A stretch of 62,844 nt of DNA, taken from the NCBI RefSeq assembly GCF_006345805.1, contig NW_021834634.1, forward strand, positions 1-62,844, given 5' to 3'. A program made the translations under genes and the position numbers. This document shows, one piece after another, positions 1-14,779 of the stretch. Positions within the stretch are counted from its first letter, which is position 1. Each line of letters begins with the position of its first letter. The notes under the pieces were generated by a model. It saw nothing but the letters and a program-made list of their open reading frames with translations, had not been told where the DNA came from and searched no databases. The DNA is from Octopus sinensis. Lineage: Eukaryota.

Positions 1-469
1 CAATGCGTGAAGTTAAGTAATACACCTCAAAAAATGAGGAGAGAGGTTATGCTCTCGATGCCACGAAAATCATAGAGCAAACAGTTAGTAGAAAAGTGGG
101 ATGATGATGCATATCGCTGAAGAAGCATAAACTGAAGCGAGTCTCTTTAGAATATGCTAAACTCTGCTTGAAAAGCAACAGATGCTTAAATTTTATTACA
201 CATGCCTGCTTATGTGGTAGGAATTTTCACTTAGGTGACTTCTTCAGAAGTATTCCACCGTCCAAAGTAAAATTGTGTAATTTACACTGATACCATGTTA
301 CCTGGATAGGAGCGGGATCACTATAACAATTATACAAGTACTAGCACGCTGCGAGAGATAAAACAAAATTCGAAAAATATTGGTTTGAGAGTGGTATTGG
401 TGATCGTAATTCGTGTGAAATCCAATACACATCAGATTTTCAGCCCATTTGAAAACCTACGAAGACAAC

Positions 470-1000
470 AACTGCAGATGGTAGTGGAAAGTTAAATGCC
501 TAAATGTTACTAATGTGGAAAACCGATCATCTAAGGCCTCAAAAGTAGCACACACACACACATACGCATACAAGTAGCCCTCACAAAAACAACAGAAAAT
601 GACAGCTGGAAAGCCTCCAGTTCTTTCAAGATGAACATCAATGACAGCAGTTACAACGCCAACAGCAAAGATTACACCAGTGTGCAACTGCAGCTGTAGT
701 GTTTGCAGCACTAGGAACAAGATTTGAAATAGTAGCTGTAGCATAACAGCAGCAACACAAACAGTGGGACTAACAGCAATAAAGACAACAAAAGAAACGC
801 CTCTCTCAAAGGGACACCAGTGACTGCAACATTAACAGAAAGGGCGATAACCGAACAAAGAACAAACCCCACTCCAAAAATGTGCTTCTCAGTGCGTCAG
901 ACTACTCAGATACGGCGAAGATGAGGAGCAATACTAGAAATGGCAAAGTACCACAAAAAATCGATAACAGCCACTGAAATTATGAAGTGATTACAAACTG
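470..1000 (+). mobile_element. Possible degenerate LINE ORF1-like N-terminal low-complexity region
   Basis: A/C-rich, S/T/N/Q-coding, stop-ridden sequence of the same character as the 5' parts of the ORF1 copies at 2.1 kb and 55 kb. It lies directly upstream of an ORF2 relic. No diagnostic motif. Confidence 0.3.
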
Positions 1001-1199
1001 AGCGATGGGAAAATTATATGATGTGAGTGGTCTGCCTTCCAACTTTTACCTTTAAATGCTAGAATTGAATTTGTAAAAAATGCATTCAACTACTCTAAAG
1101 TTCCAGATGCAGTCAACAGCTGCTACGTGAAGTATGGGTATGCAGTTACTAATGATTTCCACACATGTTGAGGTTACCTCCTTTCTTAGCGGAGAGCAG

Positions 1200-2089
1200 G
1201 TTTGATCGCCGTTTCTCAGACCGTCACCCGCCCCGCCCCGTATCTGTGACGGAGCTGCAGTCCTTGGTCAAGTGAAGAACAAGAGAGGGGGCTTAGCATC
1301 TGGAATGTGGTATACCGCCCACAGCCCTCTACATATCGAGTAATACGGCTGGTAGAAATTCCAAAACGGATGGAAAAGCGTAGACATTATTGAGATAGCA
1401 CTGGATGCCGACGAAAAATTAATCGGCTGGTCTGTTCCGGAGAACATTCTATTAGGGATCATGGATGGTTTCAAAAAACCCTGGCCTGGCAGTGCAACTG
1501 AGCAGCATTGCAGGTTTAAAGTAAAGCCTACAAGTACGTAAAGGTTGTCAACTAGGCCCGTCCTGGATGCGTCGAAGGTGGAACACTTTCTGCACGCACA
1601 TCCTCAATGCAAGAGCATTACTGACTAGCAAAGTTAATGTTGAACATTTGCTATCAGATGCATGACGGTCCCGGTTATTAGCTGAACCCATTGTGAAAAT
1701 CGCTCCGTTGTGTAAGTCTTTTATCTTAAAGGAAGAGGTTGCAGGATGGACCGTCTTTCGTCAAATAGCCGATATCTCATCAACTTTTTCTAGTTTCAAA
1801 TGAAAAGGAAAGTGAGGGTGTAGAAGAGAGAGCTGCTTCCCAGAAAATTCGTTCAAATATGGATGAAAGTGGTGAGTTAATTGGTCTGCTCTGATTAAAT
1901 GATTCTAGAATGAAGGAGAAAAGCTGGGAAAAGCTGTTTGCTTTAGTGATCCAGATAACCACACATTTATACCGTTTTAACAGGCATTCGTCGGAGATCT
2001 CACCCTTACTGGAGAATTTTACTCGTTAAAATATTAATGTTACCCTGTTTGTCTTTTGTTTACATTATATTTACACATAAAAAAAAAAC
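1200..2089 (+). mobile_element. Degenerate L1/Tx1-like LINE ORF2 C-terminal part with 3' UTR and A-tail
   Basis: Broken translations VTELQSLVK*RTREGA*HLEC and YLINFF*FQMKRKVRV*KRELLPRKFVQIW resemble the Tx1-like ORF2 C-terminus as I recall it. The first is echoed near 20330 (CPECHQTLTALNQAG). A-run at about 2079-2089. Confidence 0.6.
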
Positions 2090-2129
2090 ACTTTCTGTTT
2101 TATGCAATTTTGTCCTTCAAAAGGACGAG

Positions 2130-3260
2130 GATTGCAGCAGCAACAATAACAACGTAGCACGTGAAAATAACTTTCCAATGCTAAAAATCTCCGCATTACA
2201 ATCACAGGAATAACAAAAGCGATCAAAGACAAAAAAGCAACAACACTAGCGAGAGAACTGACACCGTTAGTGGTTTTGCCGACGTGAGGCAGCAAATAAG
2301 TGAAGACATTTTAATTAATGAAAATGAATTTAAAAGTGCAAAATATATGTTACAGAAATGTGAGCGAAATGTGGCACTGAATAACACTAGATCTGACCAG
2401 CAAGAAACTAAATTGCAGACAATTTACAAAACATCTAGAATAAGGAGTAGAAAAATAGAACAGGTAACAATCGACAGATTCAAAAATGTCTGTGACCGAT
2501 TTAAAAGTGCAAAACTTATATAACCAGGGTGGGGTGGGGAATATGGAGCTGTTGAAGTGAGGTTTGTCTCAGAGGAAGAAGCCAAAAAGCACTCAACCAC
2601 CACCTTAATGAGCTACGAACTTATTCTTATTCCTATTTACTTTGGCCGAAGGGTGTATAAAATAAGAATAATAAATATGGCATCAGAAATTGATATTTTA
2701 TGGATGATGGCAGCGATTTTCTTCGACATAGAAGACAAGGCTAGTATCCTGAAGATACGGAGAATATAGAAGTAGAACTTGTTAGGACAGGGTATGCAGT
2801 TGTTAATACAAGCGGTTCAATAAAGCATCGAGGTCATCCTGGACTTCATAACCCTACCAGATTACACAAAACTGTTGAGGGAAGAAGGCTGAGATGTCGC
2901 CTGTGCAGGAATACAAATAACCTCAAAGCCTTTTGCCCACAGCAAAGGAAACCAACACTACTGCCGACACCATCGCTACCACCAAAACCAACACGACTCC
3001 CACCACAACAACAAGCAATAACATGAACAACATTACCAACATTACCAACAACAAACCCGAAAGTAATAGCAGCGTCAGTAAAACAGCATCATCCACAGCA
3101 GCATCACACCACCACCACCAACAACAACAGCATCAGAAGCCTCCAAAATAGCAGCAGCTGCTTCAACATAACACCAAACGTCTCCTAAAAACATGGTCAC
3201 CAAGGCCAAGAAAAGGGAGAGGAACAAAAACACACCAAGATAAAAAAAAACAAAAAAACT
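2130..3260 (+). mobile_element. Degenerate L1/Tx1-like ORF1 (Gag-like zinc knuckle), copy 1
   Basis: RQQISEDILINENEFKSAKYMLQK matches RQVSEDISLDENEFKNVKCMLEK of the 55-kb copy. It also has LILIPIYFGRRVYKIRII and the knuckle CRLCRNTNNLKAFC at 2895-2936 (His changed to Asn). Confidence 0.75.
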
Positions 3261-3410
3261 AGCAAATGCGAACAAATTAGGGAGATGCATTTGAGCAACA
3301 ATACTCAAACACCACTAACATTAGTATAGTAAGTACCGGGTCTATTTGTTCGATTAAACCCTGCAATGTTGTGTCCCCACTGAAACAAGTAAAAAAAAAT
3401 ATATACAATA

Positions 3411-3827
3411 GGTGCAGGTGTGGCTGTGTGGTAAGTAGCGTGTTTTACCAACCACATGGTTCCGGGTTCAGTCCCACTGCGTGGCACCTTGGGCAAGTGT
3501 CTTCTACTATAGCCTCGGGCCGACAAATGCCTTGTGAGTGGATTTGGTAGACGGAAACTGAAAGAAACCCGTCGTATATATGTATATATTTATATATATG
3601 CGTGTGTGTGTTTGTGTGTCTGTGTTTGTCCCCTAGCATTGCTTGACAACCGATGCTGGTGCGTTTAAGTCCCCCTTACTTAGCGGTTCGGCAAAAGAGA
3701 CCGATAGAATAAGTACTGGGCTTACAAAAGAATAAGTCCCGTGGTCGAGTTGCTCGATTAAAGGCGGTGATCCAGCATGGCCTCAGTCAAATGACTGAAA
3801 CAAGTAAAAGAGTAAAAGAGTAAAGAG
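3411..3827 (+). mobile_element. tRNA-derived SINE, family B, full length
   Basis: A box tggctgtgtgg, B box ggttcagtccc, central ccttgtgagtggatttggtagacggaaactgaaag, internal (AT/GT) tract, tail gtaaaagagtaaaagag. Many copies in the window. Confidence 0.92.
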
Positions 3828-3859
3828 CATATGTGTGTGCACACAGGCGCGCGCGTGTG

Positions 3860-4139
3860 TATATACTGTCACCAAAATGAATGGAGCTTTGGCCAGGAGG
3901 AACTGATGTCATCAGACAGTATCCAACTACCATAGGATGTTTTAACCCAATACTGTAAAACCCACCCGTTGGTGGGTCAGCAGGGATGGCTAAATCACTC
4001 CTCATCTCCTCCTCGCCTCCGGCATATTTCCTCTTTTTTGCTTCATAATCAGCAAGAGGCTCTTTCTGCTACCTCTTCAATCGTGCGCACATCAACCTTT
4101 ATTGTATAGGACTGTAAGCTCGATCAAGATTATTTTCCT

Positions 4140-4175
<36 letters not shown>

Positions 4176-4247
4176 GTGGTGTTGTGTGTGTGTGTGTGTT
4201 GTGTGTGTGTGTGTGTGCGTGCGTGTGTGGTGTTGTGTGTGCGTATG

Positions 4248-4302
<55 letters not shown>

Positions 4303-4650
4303 TTTATATTATATATATATACACACACGCACTCACATGTAAGATTCTTTTTATATAATTCTCATAAATACTATGGATAATAATGGCGTGTAAATATTGA
4401 CAAACTCTTCGACGGAAAAAGTTGAATGCTTTCCGTGAGACTCGAATCGTATCTCCTGACCATGGTGGAACACTTGTTGTGTCCACACAGATGTGGGTTC
4501 AAGTTCCAATGGAAGCCTTCGAATTTTTATTCAGTCATAAAAGGATTTTCAAATCAATATTTACATGCTTTTATTTAATGCATTTATGTACTTCGAGAAC
4601 AACTGTTCCTAAAAGAAATTTATCCATATTCTCTCGAAAGTTTACAAATT
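3860..4650 (-). mobile_element. Possible highly degenerate RLE-type non-LTR retrotransposon C-terminus, split by a microsatellite
   Basis: Minus-strand RKIILIELTVL and DYEAKKRKY resemble the RLE signature (IELTVP...K..KY). The 4380-4650 part is only weakly similar. Confidence 0.4.
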
Positions 4651-4669
4651 CTTAAGTCAACAATAAAGA

Positions 4670-4760
4670 GAGACAGACAGACAGACAGACAGAAATGCAG
4701 ACATACAGCAGGCAGGCAGACATGCAGGCAGACAGACAGGTAGACAGACAGATAATCAAG

Positions 4761-4820
<60 letters not shown>

Positions 4821-4871
4821 CAGACAGGCAGGCAGATAGATAGATAGATAGGTAAATAGATAGATAGATAA

Positions 4872-4944
<73 letters not shown>
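4670..4944. repeat. (AGAC)n/(AGAT)n tetranucleotide microsatellite
   Basis: Seen directly; source of the SIYL-repeat ORFs. Confidence 0.97.
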
Positions 4945-5397
4945 CACAAACATATGCATGAAGGTATTCATTATTCATTGACAAAAATAGTGTGACAGTG
5001 ATCGGCGTGTGAGCGGTGAAGGCAAAAAAAGCCGAAATTTCGAAATTACTGTTCATGTTTAAGAATAATGGTTTTGTACTCTATAAAACATATCGAGTAA
5101 TCCTACAGTTTAATGTAAAATTGTTTTCATTGCAATTCCGCATAAAAGAAACAAACAATAATATGTCTGTATATATATATATATGTATATTTATATATGT
5201 ATATACATATATATACTATATACATATATATATACACACATATATATACATATATATATATGTGTGTATTATATATAAATATATATACACATATATATAT
5301 ATGTATATATATACATATATATATTTCTATATGTTATATTTATATATGCATATATATACGTATGTATATATATATATTCATATATATATTATGTATG

Positions 5398-5453
<56 letters not shown>

Positions 5454-7276
5454 CTATATAATATATACATACATATGCATGTCTGTCTGTATCTATGTTT
5501 TGTATATATGTACAAAAATATAGACATATATGTGTATGTGTGTGTGTCTGTCTGTCTGTGACAATGATATGTATGTATAATCACTGATAATGAAGATTCT
5601 GATGCTGGCGGTGGTGGTACTGGTTATGATGCTTATATGTCCGTAACCATTATACCGATAAATATCATGCCGATGATGATGATGTAAAATATGATGGAAA
5701 TAACGATACAGCTTCTGTAGGTGATGCTTGTAGAGAATTACTTTGAAGACGTTGAATCTGGCCTAATACATACAGCAATCAAGATTTACTTGCCCTACAG
5801 GCCACGAATATTTGAAGAAAACTTAAAACCTTAATTTTTCATTATCTTCTGATTTCTAGAAACACCTACAAGGGTGAAGAGAGTTACACAATCTTGGAAA
5901 ATATTCTTTGCCCTTAGAGACATATACTCAAAAGTTTTGTTATATAAACAATTCTTTAATCAAGAAGGTTAAAAAATTTCATAAAGATGATGGCGAAATT
6001 ATTGACAAAGAAGATGCTGCTGCTGCTGCTGCTGCTGTTGCTGATGATGATGATAATAATAACAACAAAAGCAACCACAAAATATAACAACGGACGACAA
6101 TATTATACGGAACAAAAACAGCAATGATGATGGTGGTGGCGGTGGTGGTGGTGGTGGTGGTGGTGGTGGTGGTGGTCGTCGTCGTCATGATGATGATGAT
6201 GAAGACGATGATGATGCTGATGATGATGATGATGGCGACGACGAAGACGGCGGCGGCGGCGGCGGTGGTGGTGCTGGTGCTGGTGGTGGTGATCATGATG
6301 ATTTTCTGACGATCAGAATGATATCAATTTGAATCTGTTATTTCATGTCTGCTGATTACAAATGTGAAGTACAAATAATTTCTATTTATCAGCGTAAAAG
6401 ATAGAGGGAAAAAAAAACAGTTGTTACATAAGTTTTTACAATTTCTTCAAAACGATCGCCATAACAACAAATTTTACACCTTTTTTCTGTCTTTTGTGTT
6501 TGATTTTTATCTATTTTCTTGTTTATTTTGTGATAGAAATGAAGAAGAAAAAATGCCGAAAAGAAAAAGTATGTTTTTCTTGCTCTGACTTGTTTTTAAC
6601 ATGGTCCTTATTTTTCAAGTTTCCATCACCTCTAGGCTAATCCTAATAGCTATTATACTTTCATAGAATATTCTTCGATAACCCATCTTAAGAAGAGGTG
6701 TTGTTAAGATTGTTTCCGATAGTGTTTTTGTAATGCAGTAGGGCTTTCTATTTCAAAAAAAAAAGAAAGAAAGAAAATGTAAAGAAAATAAATGTTCCGC
6801 GAATAAAGAAAACTGAAAGCGAAAGAAAGAAAACCTTAGAGAGTATACACGAAAGAAATTAGAGAGGATAAAGAGGAAAAGACAGAAAAGATATAAAATG
6901 AAAAGAAAAAAAAAAGAAAGACGGGGTGGAGCAGAGAGAACACAAATAAAATATGTAAAAAAAAATGTCAGTATGCATATATTTGCACCAGAGGCTTTGA
7001 ACACCAAGCCGCGTCTTTGTGGGAAAAAAATATGACTTAAACATACAACATTTATGTAACACGTTCATAATCTATGAAAAAATAAAGATAAATCTCCATT
7101 AAACAAACTCACTCACTTATAAACTATCTTATACATACACAACTATATATGAATACATACATACTTACATATGTAAGTATATAGTGTGATAAATGGAGAG
7201 AAAAGAAATATACATACGTTTATATCTATATCGGAATCACGTATATATATATATATATATATAATATATATGATAT

Positions 7277-7312
<36 letters not shown>

Positions 7313-7619
7313 ACATATATAGTATATGCACACACACACACACACATACACACCACACATATATATATATGCATACGTACACACACATTGATTATAGGTA
7401 AGTATAAGTATATGAACGCGTGTGTACGCGTGCGCGCGTTTGTGTTTATAAAGAGTATGTAAACAACATTCGTATCTACACAAACGGATACATATTTATA
7501 ACTATATATAGATATACATATGTATTATTGACATACATTTTAGTATAATTTTATCTGTATTTATGGATCTCTATGAATATGCATACACCGATACATACTT
7601 TTATATATACATTTGAGCA

Positions 7620-7759
7620 CATACTACTACTAATAATAACAATATTAACAATAATGATGATGATAATAATAATAATAATAAATGATAATAATAATAATAA
7701 TGATAATAATAATAATAACAATAATAATAATAATAATAATGATAATAATAATGATGATG

Positions 7760-7791
<32 letters not shown>

Positions 7792-7801
7792 TATAATAAT
7801 G

Positions 7802-7838
<37 letters not shown>

Positions 7839-7850
7839 TATGATGATGAT
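7620..7850. repeat. (AAT)n microsatellite
   Basis: Seen directly; forms the left boundary of the tandem duplication. Confidence 0.97.
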
Positions 7851-8292
7851 GATATATGTATGTATATGCTCGTATATACATATATGTAGGCAATTATAAA
7901 ATATATGTATGTGTATTCTTTGTGAGTGTGCATATGTGTGTAAATATATATACACATAAAGAAAGATGGAGAAGGGTGAGTGGTGAGAGGGCGAAGATAA
8001 AGCAGAAAGCTAAAAAAAAGTAAAGTAGAAAGCTAAAAAGTCCAAAAGGGACGTTGATGCGTTGGAAAATACTGCAAATCTTGCCATCTCCAAAATCGAC
8101 TTTTATTGACGTTCTCTGCTGAAAAGCGATATCCGATCCAATCAGTGTCGCTTAAGGATGCATCCTTTCGTCACTTCAATGCTGGAGAGCTCCGTGTTTG
8201 TTTAGTTATTTTACTTTACTTGTATATTGTGTGTGTGCGTGTATGTTTGTGTGTATATGTTCACACATGTACATTTCTTTTTCTTTCCTTCA

Positions 8293-8336
<44 letters not shown>

Positions 8337-8453
8337 TTATTATTATTATTATTATTATTATTACTTTCCTTCATATTTATCATTATTACTATTATCATTA
8401 TTATTATTATTATTATTATTACTTTCCTTCATATTTATCATTATTACTATTAT

Positions 8454-8485
<32 letters not shown>

Positions 8486-8504
8486 TTATTTATTATCATC
8501 ATCA

Positions 8505-8568
<64 letters not shown>

Positions 8569-9124
8569 CATTTTTATTATTATTATCATTATCAAGTCGA
8601 TCATGTGCTATATTTTTATAACAATTATTCTTTTTGTTATTATTGTCACCGTTCCCATCACCTTCAGTATTATTCGTAGTAATAGTACTAGCAGTAATAT
8701 TTTTCTTCTCTTTATACAACAGTCATGTATATATGGATATTTATTTATAGCTTACCATGTTGAATTTTTCGTATTTTTTCCTTATATGTTATTTTTTTGA
8801 CTATATTTTTAAAATTCTTTTATGATTTCTTTCTTTCGTTCCATGCAATGTATGTATTGTGAGTTCGTGCGTATTATATATTATATATATATTATATATA
8901 TATATATTATATATATATATAGTATGTGTGTGGTGTGTGGTGTGTATGCATGTATTTAATATTTAGGTACGTATGCATATATGTGGGGGAGTGTATGTAC
9001 ATACACACGCGCATGCACGCTTATCCTTCCTACACACACACGTTAATGGATACATGCATATACTATATGTAAGCATGTATGCATGTATACTTACATATGT
9101 ATGCATGCATTTATATAATATATG

Positions 9125-9196
<72 letters not shown>

Positions 9197-9278
9197 AGCA
9201 TGTATGTATGTATTATCTATATTAGATATATAAATGCGTATATATACATATCTATGTATGTATGTATATATATCTATC

Positions 9279-9360
<82 letters not shown>

Positions 9361-9706
9361 ATTACCATATATGTATATACGTACACATATAAGCATACAT
9401 GTGTGTATGTGTGCGTATATATGTGTGTATATATGCGTATATATGTGTGTATGTCAGTTTATATATGTGCAGGTGTAAATATGTACCACTTTTTTTGTTG
9501 TTAGTTATTTGCTTTTCGTCTTCCGCATAGAAAGAGGAAGCACGTGATATCGTTTTGTGATAAGCGCCTGAGTTCTTTTGAAAACAGAAGAGATGCCAAA
9601 AAGCGATAAAATGTCACTACAGCAATGAATGGATAAAGCGAAAAACGTTCAGTCGAGAAATGTCGCTGGTGAAATAAAAAAGGATCTTATAATAATAATA
9701 ATAATG

Positions 9707-9743
<37 letters not shown>

Positions 9744-10198
9744 TATGATGATGATGATATATGTATGTATATGCTCGTATATACATATATGTAGGCAATT
9801 ATAAAATATATGGAATGTGTATTCTTTGGAGTGTGCATATGTGTGTAAATATATATACACATAAAGAAAGATGGAGAAGGGTGAGTGGTGAGAGGGCGAA
9901 TATAAAGCAGAAAGCTAAAAAAAAGTAAAGTAGAAAGCTAAAAAGTCCAAAAGGGACGTTGATGCGTTGGAAAAACTGCAAATATCTTGCCATCTCCAAA
10001 ATCGACTTTTATTGACGTTCTCTGCTGAAAAGCGATATCCGATCCAATCAGTGTCGCTTAAGGATGCATCCTTTCGTCACTTCAATGCTGGAGAGCTCCG
10101 TGTTTGTTTAGTTATTTTACTTTACTTGTTATATTGTGTGTGTGCGTGTATGTTTGTGTGTATATGTTCACACATGTACATTTCTTTTCTTTCCTTCA

Positions 10199-10245
<47 letters not shown>

Positions 10246-10354
10246 TTATATTATTATTATTATTATTACTTTCCTTCATATTATCATTATTACTATTATC
10301 ATATTATATTATTATTATATTACTTTCCTTCATATTTATCATTATTACTATTAT

Positions 10355-10386
<32 letters not shown>

Positions 10387-10407
10387 TTATTATTATTATC
10401 ATCATCA

Positions 10408-10440
<33 letters not shown>

Positions 10441-10765
10441 TATTATTATTCTTATTATTATTATTATTATCATTATTATTATTCATCATATTCAAGTCGA
10501 TCATGTGCTATATTTTTATAACAATTATTCTTTTTGTTATTATTGTCACCGTTCCCATCACCTTCAGTATTATTCGTAGTGTAATAGTAGCAGTAATATT
10601 TTTCTTCTCTTTATACAACAGTCATGTATATATGGATATTTATTATTAGCTTACCATGTTGAATTTTTCGTATTTTTTCTATGTTTTTTTTGACTATATA
10701 TTTTTAAAATTCTTTTATGATTTCTTTCGTTCCATGCAATGTATGTATTGGTGAGTTCGTGCGTA

Positions 10766-10809
<44 letters not shown>

Positions 10810-10991
10810 AATTTGTGTGTGTGTGTGTGTATGCATGTATTTATATATTTAGGTACGTATGCATATATGTGGGGAGTGTATGTACATACACACGCGCATG
10901 CACGCTTATCCTTACACACACACGTTAATGGATACATGCATATACTATATGTAAGCATGTATGCATGTATACTTACATATATGTATGCATT

Positions 10992-11075
<84 letters not shown>

Positions 11076-11198
11076 ACATGTATGTAATGTATTATCTATA
11101 TTAGATATATAAATGCGTATAATACATATCTATGTATGTATGTATATATATCTATCCCCTCGCTCTCTCTCTCTCTCCTCTCTCTCTCTCTATATATA

Positions 11199-11234
<36 letters not shown>

Positions 11235-11562
11235 TATTACCATATATGTATATACGTACACATATAAGCATACATGTGTGTATTGTGCGTATATATGTGT
11301 GTATATATGCGTATATATGTGTGTATGTCAGTTTATATATGTGCAGGTGTAAATATGTACACTTTTTTTGTTGTTAGTTATTTGCTTTTCGTCTTCCGCA
11401 TAGAAAGAGGAAGCACGTGATATCGTTTTGTGATAAGCGCCTGAGTTCTTTTGAAAACAGAAGAGATGCCAAAAAGCGATAAAATGTCACTACAGCAATG
11501 AATGGAATAAGCGAAAAACGTTCAGTCGAGAAATGTCGCTGGTGAAATAAAAAAGGAATCTT
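7837..11562. repeat. Tandem duplication, two copies of about 1.85 kb (7837-9688 and 9742-11562; period 1905 bp)
   Basis: Near-identical unique islands at about 7950-8220 / 9860-10130 and about 9500-9690 / 11380-11562. Differences are mostly 1-2 bp indels and microsatellite length. Confidence 0.95.
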
Positions 11563-11602
11563 ATAATAATAATAATAATATAAAATAATAATAATAATAA
11601 TA

Positions 11603-11652
<50 letters not shown>

Positions 11653-12021
11653 TATTATTATTATTAATTATTATTTTCATCATTATTATTATTATTATTA
11701 TTATAATTGTTGTTATCATAATTATTATTGTTATTACTATTATTATTGTCGCTGTTGCTATTGTTTTCATTATTATTCTTTAGAGAAAGAAAGGGAATTG
11801 AAAAACATGATGACAGCAGAAGCTCAGTGGTGTTGGTATGATGAAGGAGAAAGAGATTTGGTGGAAGAAGAGATGGAGGAAATGTTGATATCGGTGGTAG
11901 AAGAGAAAGAAAACAAACTATGGTTAAACAGACGCAGCAGGAAACTAGTGAAGAAAGAATTGTGGAGTTCTGTAAAATTACCAGTGATTAGTGCGGAGAG
12001 AGTAAGACATGCACAGAGAGG

Positions 12022-12057
<36 letters not shown>

Positions 12058-13364
12058 AAGCGAGAAGAATGAGAAAGAAAATGAAGAGGAGAAGGGGTGA
12101 GGAAAATTAGGTGGAAATTATGAAAGACGGCGCAATGGGCGGTGGTTAAAGAGAGGAAGAGAATAGGAAGAGAAAGAAAAAAGAGAAAAATGAAGACGAG
12201 GAGGAGGGAGAGAAGGAGGAGAAGGAGATGGAGATGGAGGAGGAAAAGGAGGAGGAAAATTAAAATAATAATAATAACAATATAGATGGGAGGTGCAAAC
12301 AGAAACGTAGAAATTTGTAGATTCCACAGAAGAAAAAAGAGGAAATGAAGGTTGAGACCGAAAACGATGTACAATAACGAAAGAGCAACAACAGTAATAT
12401 CGAATGCGACCGTAGTAATAAATAATTTAATGATGATGAGGAGGATGAGGAAGTGGAGCAGGAGGAAGTTGATAGGGAAGAGAAGGAGGAGGATGATTCA
12501 AGTAGCTCTGGTGATTGCCCCATGCTCTATGGAGATTGCACACATTAACCAAATCGAAATAAAAATATAATTGTAAAATAAATAAGAAAATATTGATTTC
12601 TTAGCTGCATTTTTCATAGAGTAATCATAAGTTTATTGAATTAAAGGAAGCGTAATTGTTTACCCCAATAAATGTAATATGTGTGTGTGCGTGTGTGTGT
12701 GTTCGTGCGTGTGTGTGTGTGTGTGTGGTGTGTGTGTGTGTGTGTGTGTGTGTGAGATCCCAAACTAAGTAAACCTATATATATATTACAAATACTCAAA
12801 ACAACTTTTGGGATCAATCTGAAATCATTGTATAATTAATCTTTAAAATTCCAGTTTCAACATATTCTAATTATATCGCTTTTGCTTTGCCTTTTACACT
12901 CTCCTTGCTCAGAACTCTCTGACCCCCCTCCCACAACTTCTCCTCTCTCTACCTATTTATCATTCTCTAATATCACTTTTTATTTAAACTTACATTCTTC
13001 ACATCTTTCTCAATTTCGCTCGACAGAATCTTATGCTAATTTTCATTGTTATGACAATATCATTATAGCAATTATTTGTAATAAATGAAAAAATATTGTT
13101 CACATAAGAAGAAATTAATGTTCTTCCATATTTCACTATTTTATTACTTGGGATTTTCCTTAAATTGTTTTAACTTTGTATTTTGTTTTCCTGTCATATT
13201 TCACAATTTTATATATTTTGATTCTATATTAAATGGACACTGTAATCCTACTTGTAAAAATGGCGACTATACACGTGTTATATAAACTAGAAAACCGCCA
13301 AGAAACCCATGTAAATATCAATAAGCAAGAATAATTGGAGCTTTATAGCAGTACTAAGTGAAGT

Positions 13365-13470
13365 ATGGCAGAATCACAGCAGTATGAGACAAAAATACCT
13401 TGTGGTATTTATTTGCGTTCCTCTACTTTCCAAATCACCGTCATCCTTTCGGGTTGATAAAATAATTTAT
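13365..13470 (+). mobile_element. tRNA-derived SINE family C, degenerate 5' fragment
   Basis: ggcagaatc...catcctttcgggttgataaaataa matches the family C head and central domain. Confidence 0.6.
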
Positions 13471-14779
13471 CTGTAAGTGCTGGGGTTTGTCCCATGCTTT
13501 AGACTACTACCTTTCTTTTTGTTGAGATTTTGTAGAAAATCGATGCAGCTATAAGAATTGTACTTTAAAAGAAGAGATGAGGTCGTGGACAAACGTCTTG
13601 AGGAATTTAGTTTCGTCCTGTTAATATTCTATTGTTGTCAACTCGACCTATCGTCAGATTCCGGTATAATACAGGATTGTCCTAATATTATACTGCTAAC
13701 CTACCGTACGAATATTTACAGCGTTGTACCAATACCAGCTATAACAAGAAAAAAATCAAAACTTTATTAGGAATTGAAACCGCGTCGTAGTACCGAGAAA
13801 CTTGCCTCCTGCTCAATGGTACTGCAATCAATAATAGTAATAATTGTATTAATAGTAATAATAATAGTAAATGATTGTTACTGATCCAGATTAGATATAT
13901 TCGTAGTTAGCTCAAGTCTGGACTCACTTACTCAAAACACAACGGAAGTTGCTGCTTTTCACTGTCCAATTATTAGTGATGTATTACTTTGGTACATTTC
14001 TACATTTGGGGTCACACACACTCACACATATAGATATATGCACACATGTTTGATACCCGCATCAAATTGTAGACGAAGGAATGGGGTAAGGGAGATAAGG
14101 GAGAGACCTTGACATGTCTACTGTGTTAGGTAAGATTATTCCTAGCAGCGTCTGTCTTGATTGGCTACTGAAAAGATGCTACTGTACATTAAAGCGATTC
14201 AGCCTCTGAAGTCAGGACAAATACGGATTACTCACAGAACAGCCGTCGGATGATTTAAACTCACCCGCACCACGCCCCCAATATTAGTCAAATCCTTCCA
14301 GGTGTAGTAGTAATTTTTGCACAAAAGCAGCTAAAGTAGCAGCTGCAAGAACAACGACATGTTAAGCAAAGAAATTCGCAGAATTACCAGCATTAGAAAA
14401 TCTTGCATTGCTACCTCCGCTATAGCAACAAGCTGCAGTAGCGAAAGCGCCTTCACCACCAACACCACCCCAGTGACAAAGATGAGACTAACAACAATAG
14501 TAGCAGTAGTGAAAACATAATTTTAAAAAATAACTATTTTGGCATGATAACCAAAGTTTTCGACATTATCTCACGAGACAAAAAGTATCAGAATTCAGGA
14601 AAAGCGAAGAACACGTCTACAAATTAGAACGCAGAAAATTTACGTTTAATAAATCGCTGCACCTTTTAGACCAAATTGAAACGAAAACAAATGGTATTGA
14701 CACTTGTCGACTAAAAGACTGTAACTAGGGCGCATTACTTCAAACCAGGCTGAATGGGACTTCAGGGTAGCTGCGTAAA

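Noticed and set aside
215-250. Minus-strand CTGAAGA...GTGAAA as a hammerhead
   Set aside because: The tcac/gtga stem overlaps the GAAA box, and there is no compatible stem I or stem III.
4092-12600. Many ORFs such as (YI)n, (CV)n, (SIYL)n, poly-I/Y/L/N
   Set aside because: They are translations of di-, tri- and tetranucleotide microsatellites. The same applies at 25-27 kb, 41-43 kb, 49-50 kb and 59-62 kb.
14050-14520. Minus-strand ORF2 start continuing the 14.8-15.5 kb ORF1
   Set aside because: Similarity is faint, and the A-rich strand bias of 14320-14520 points to the opposite orientation.
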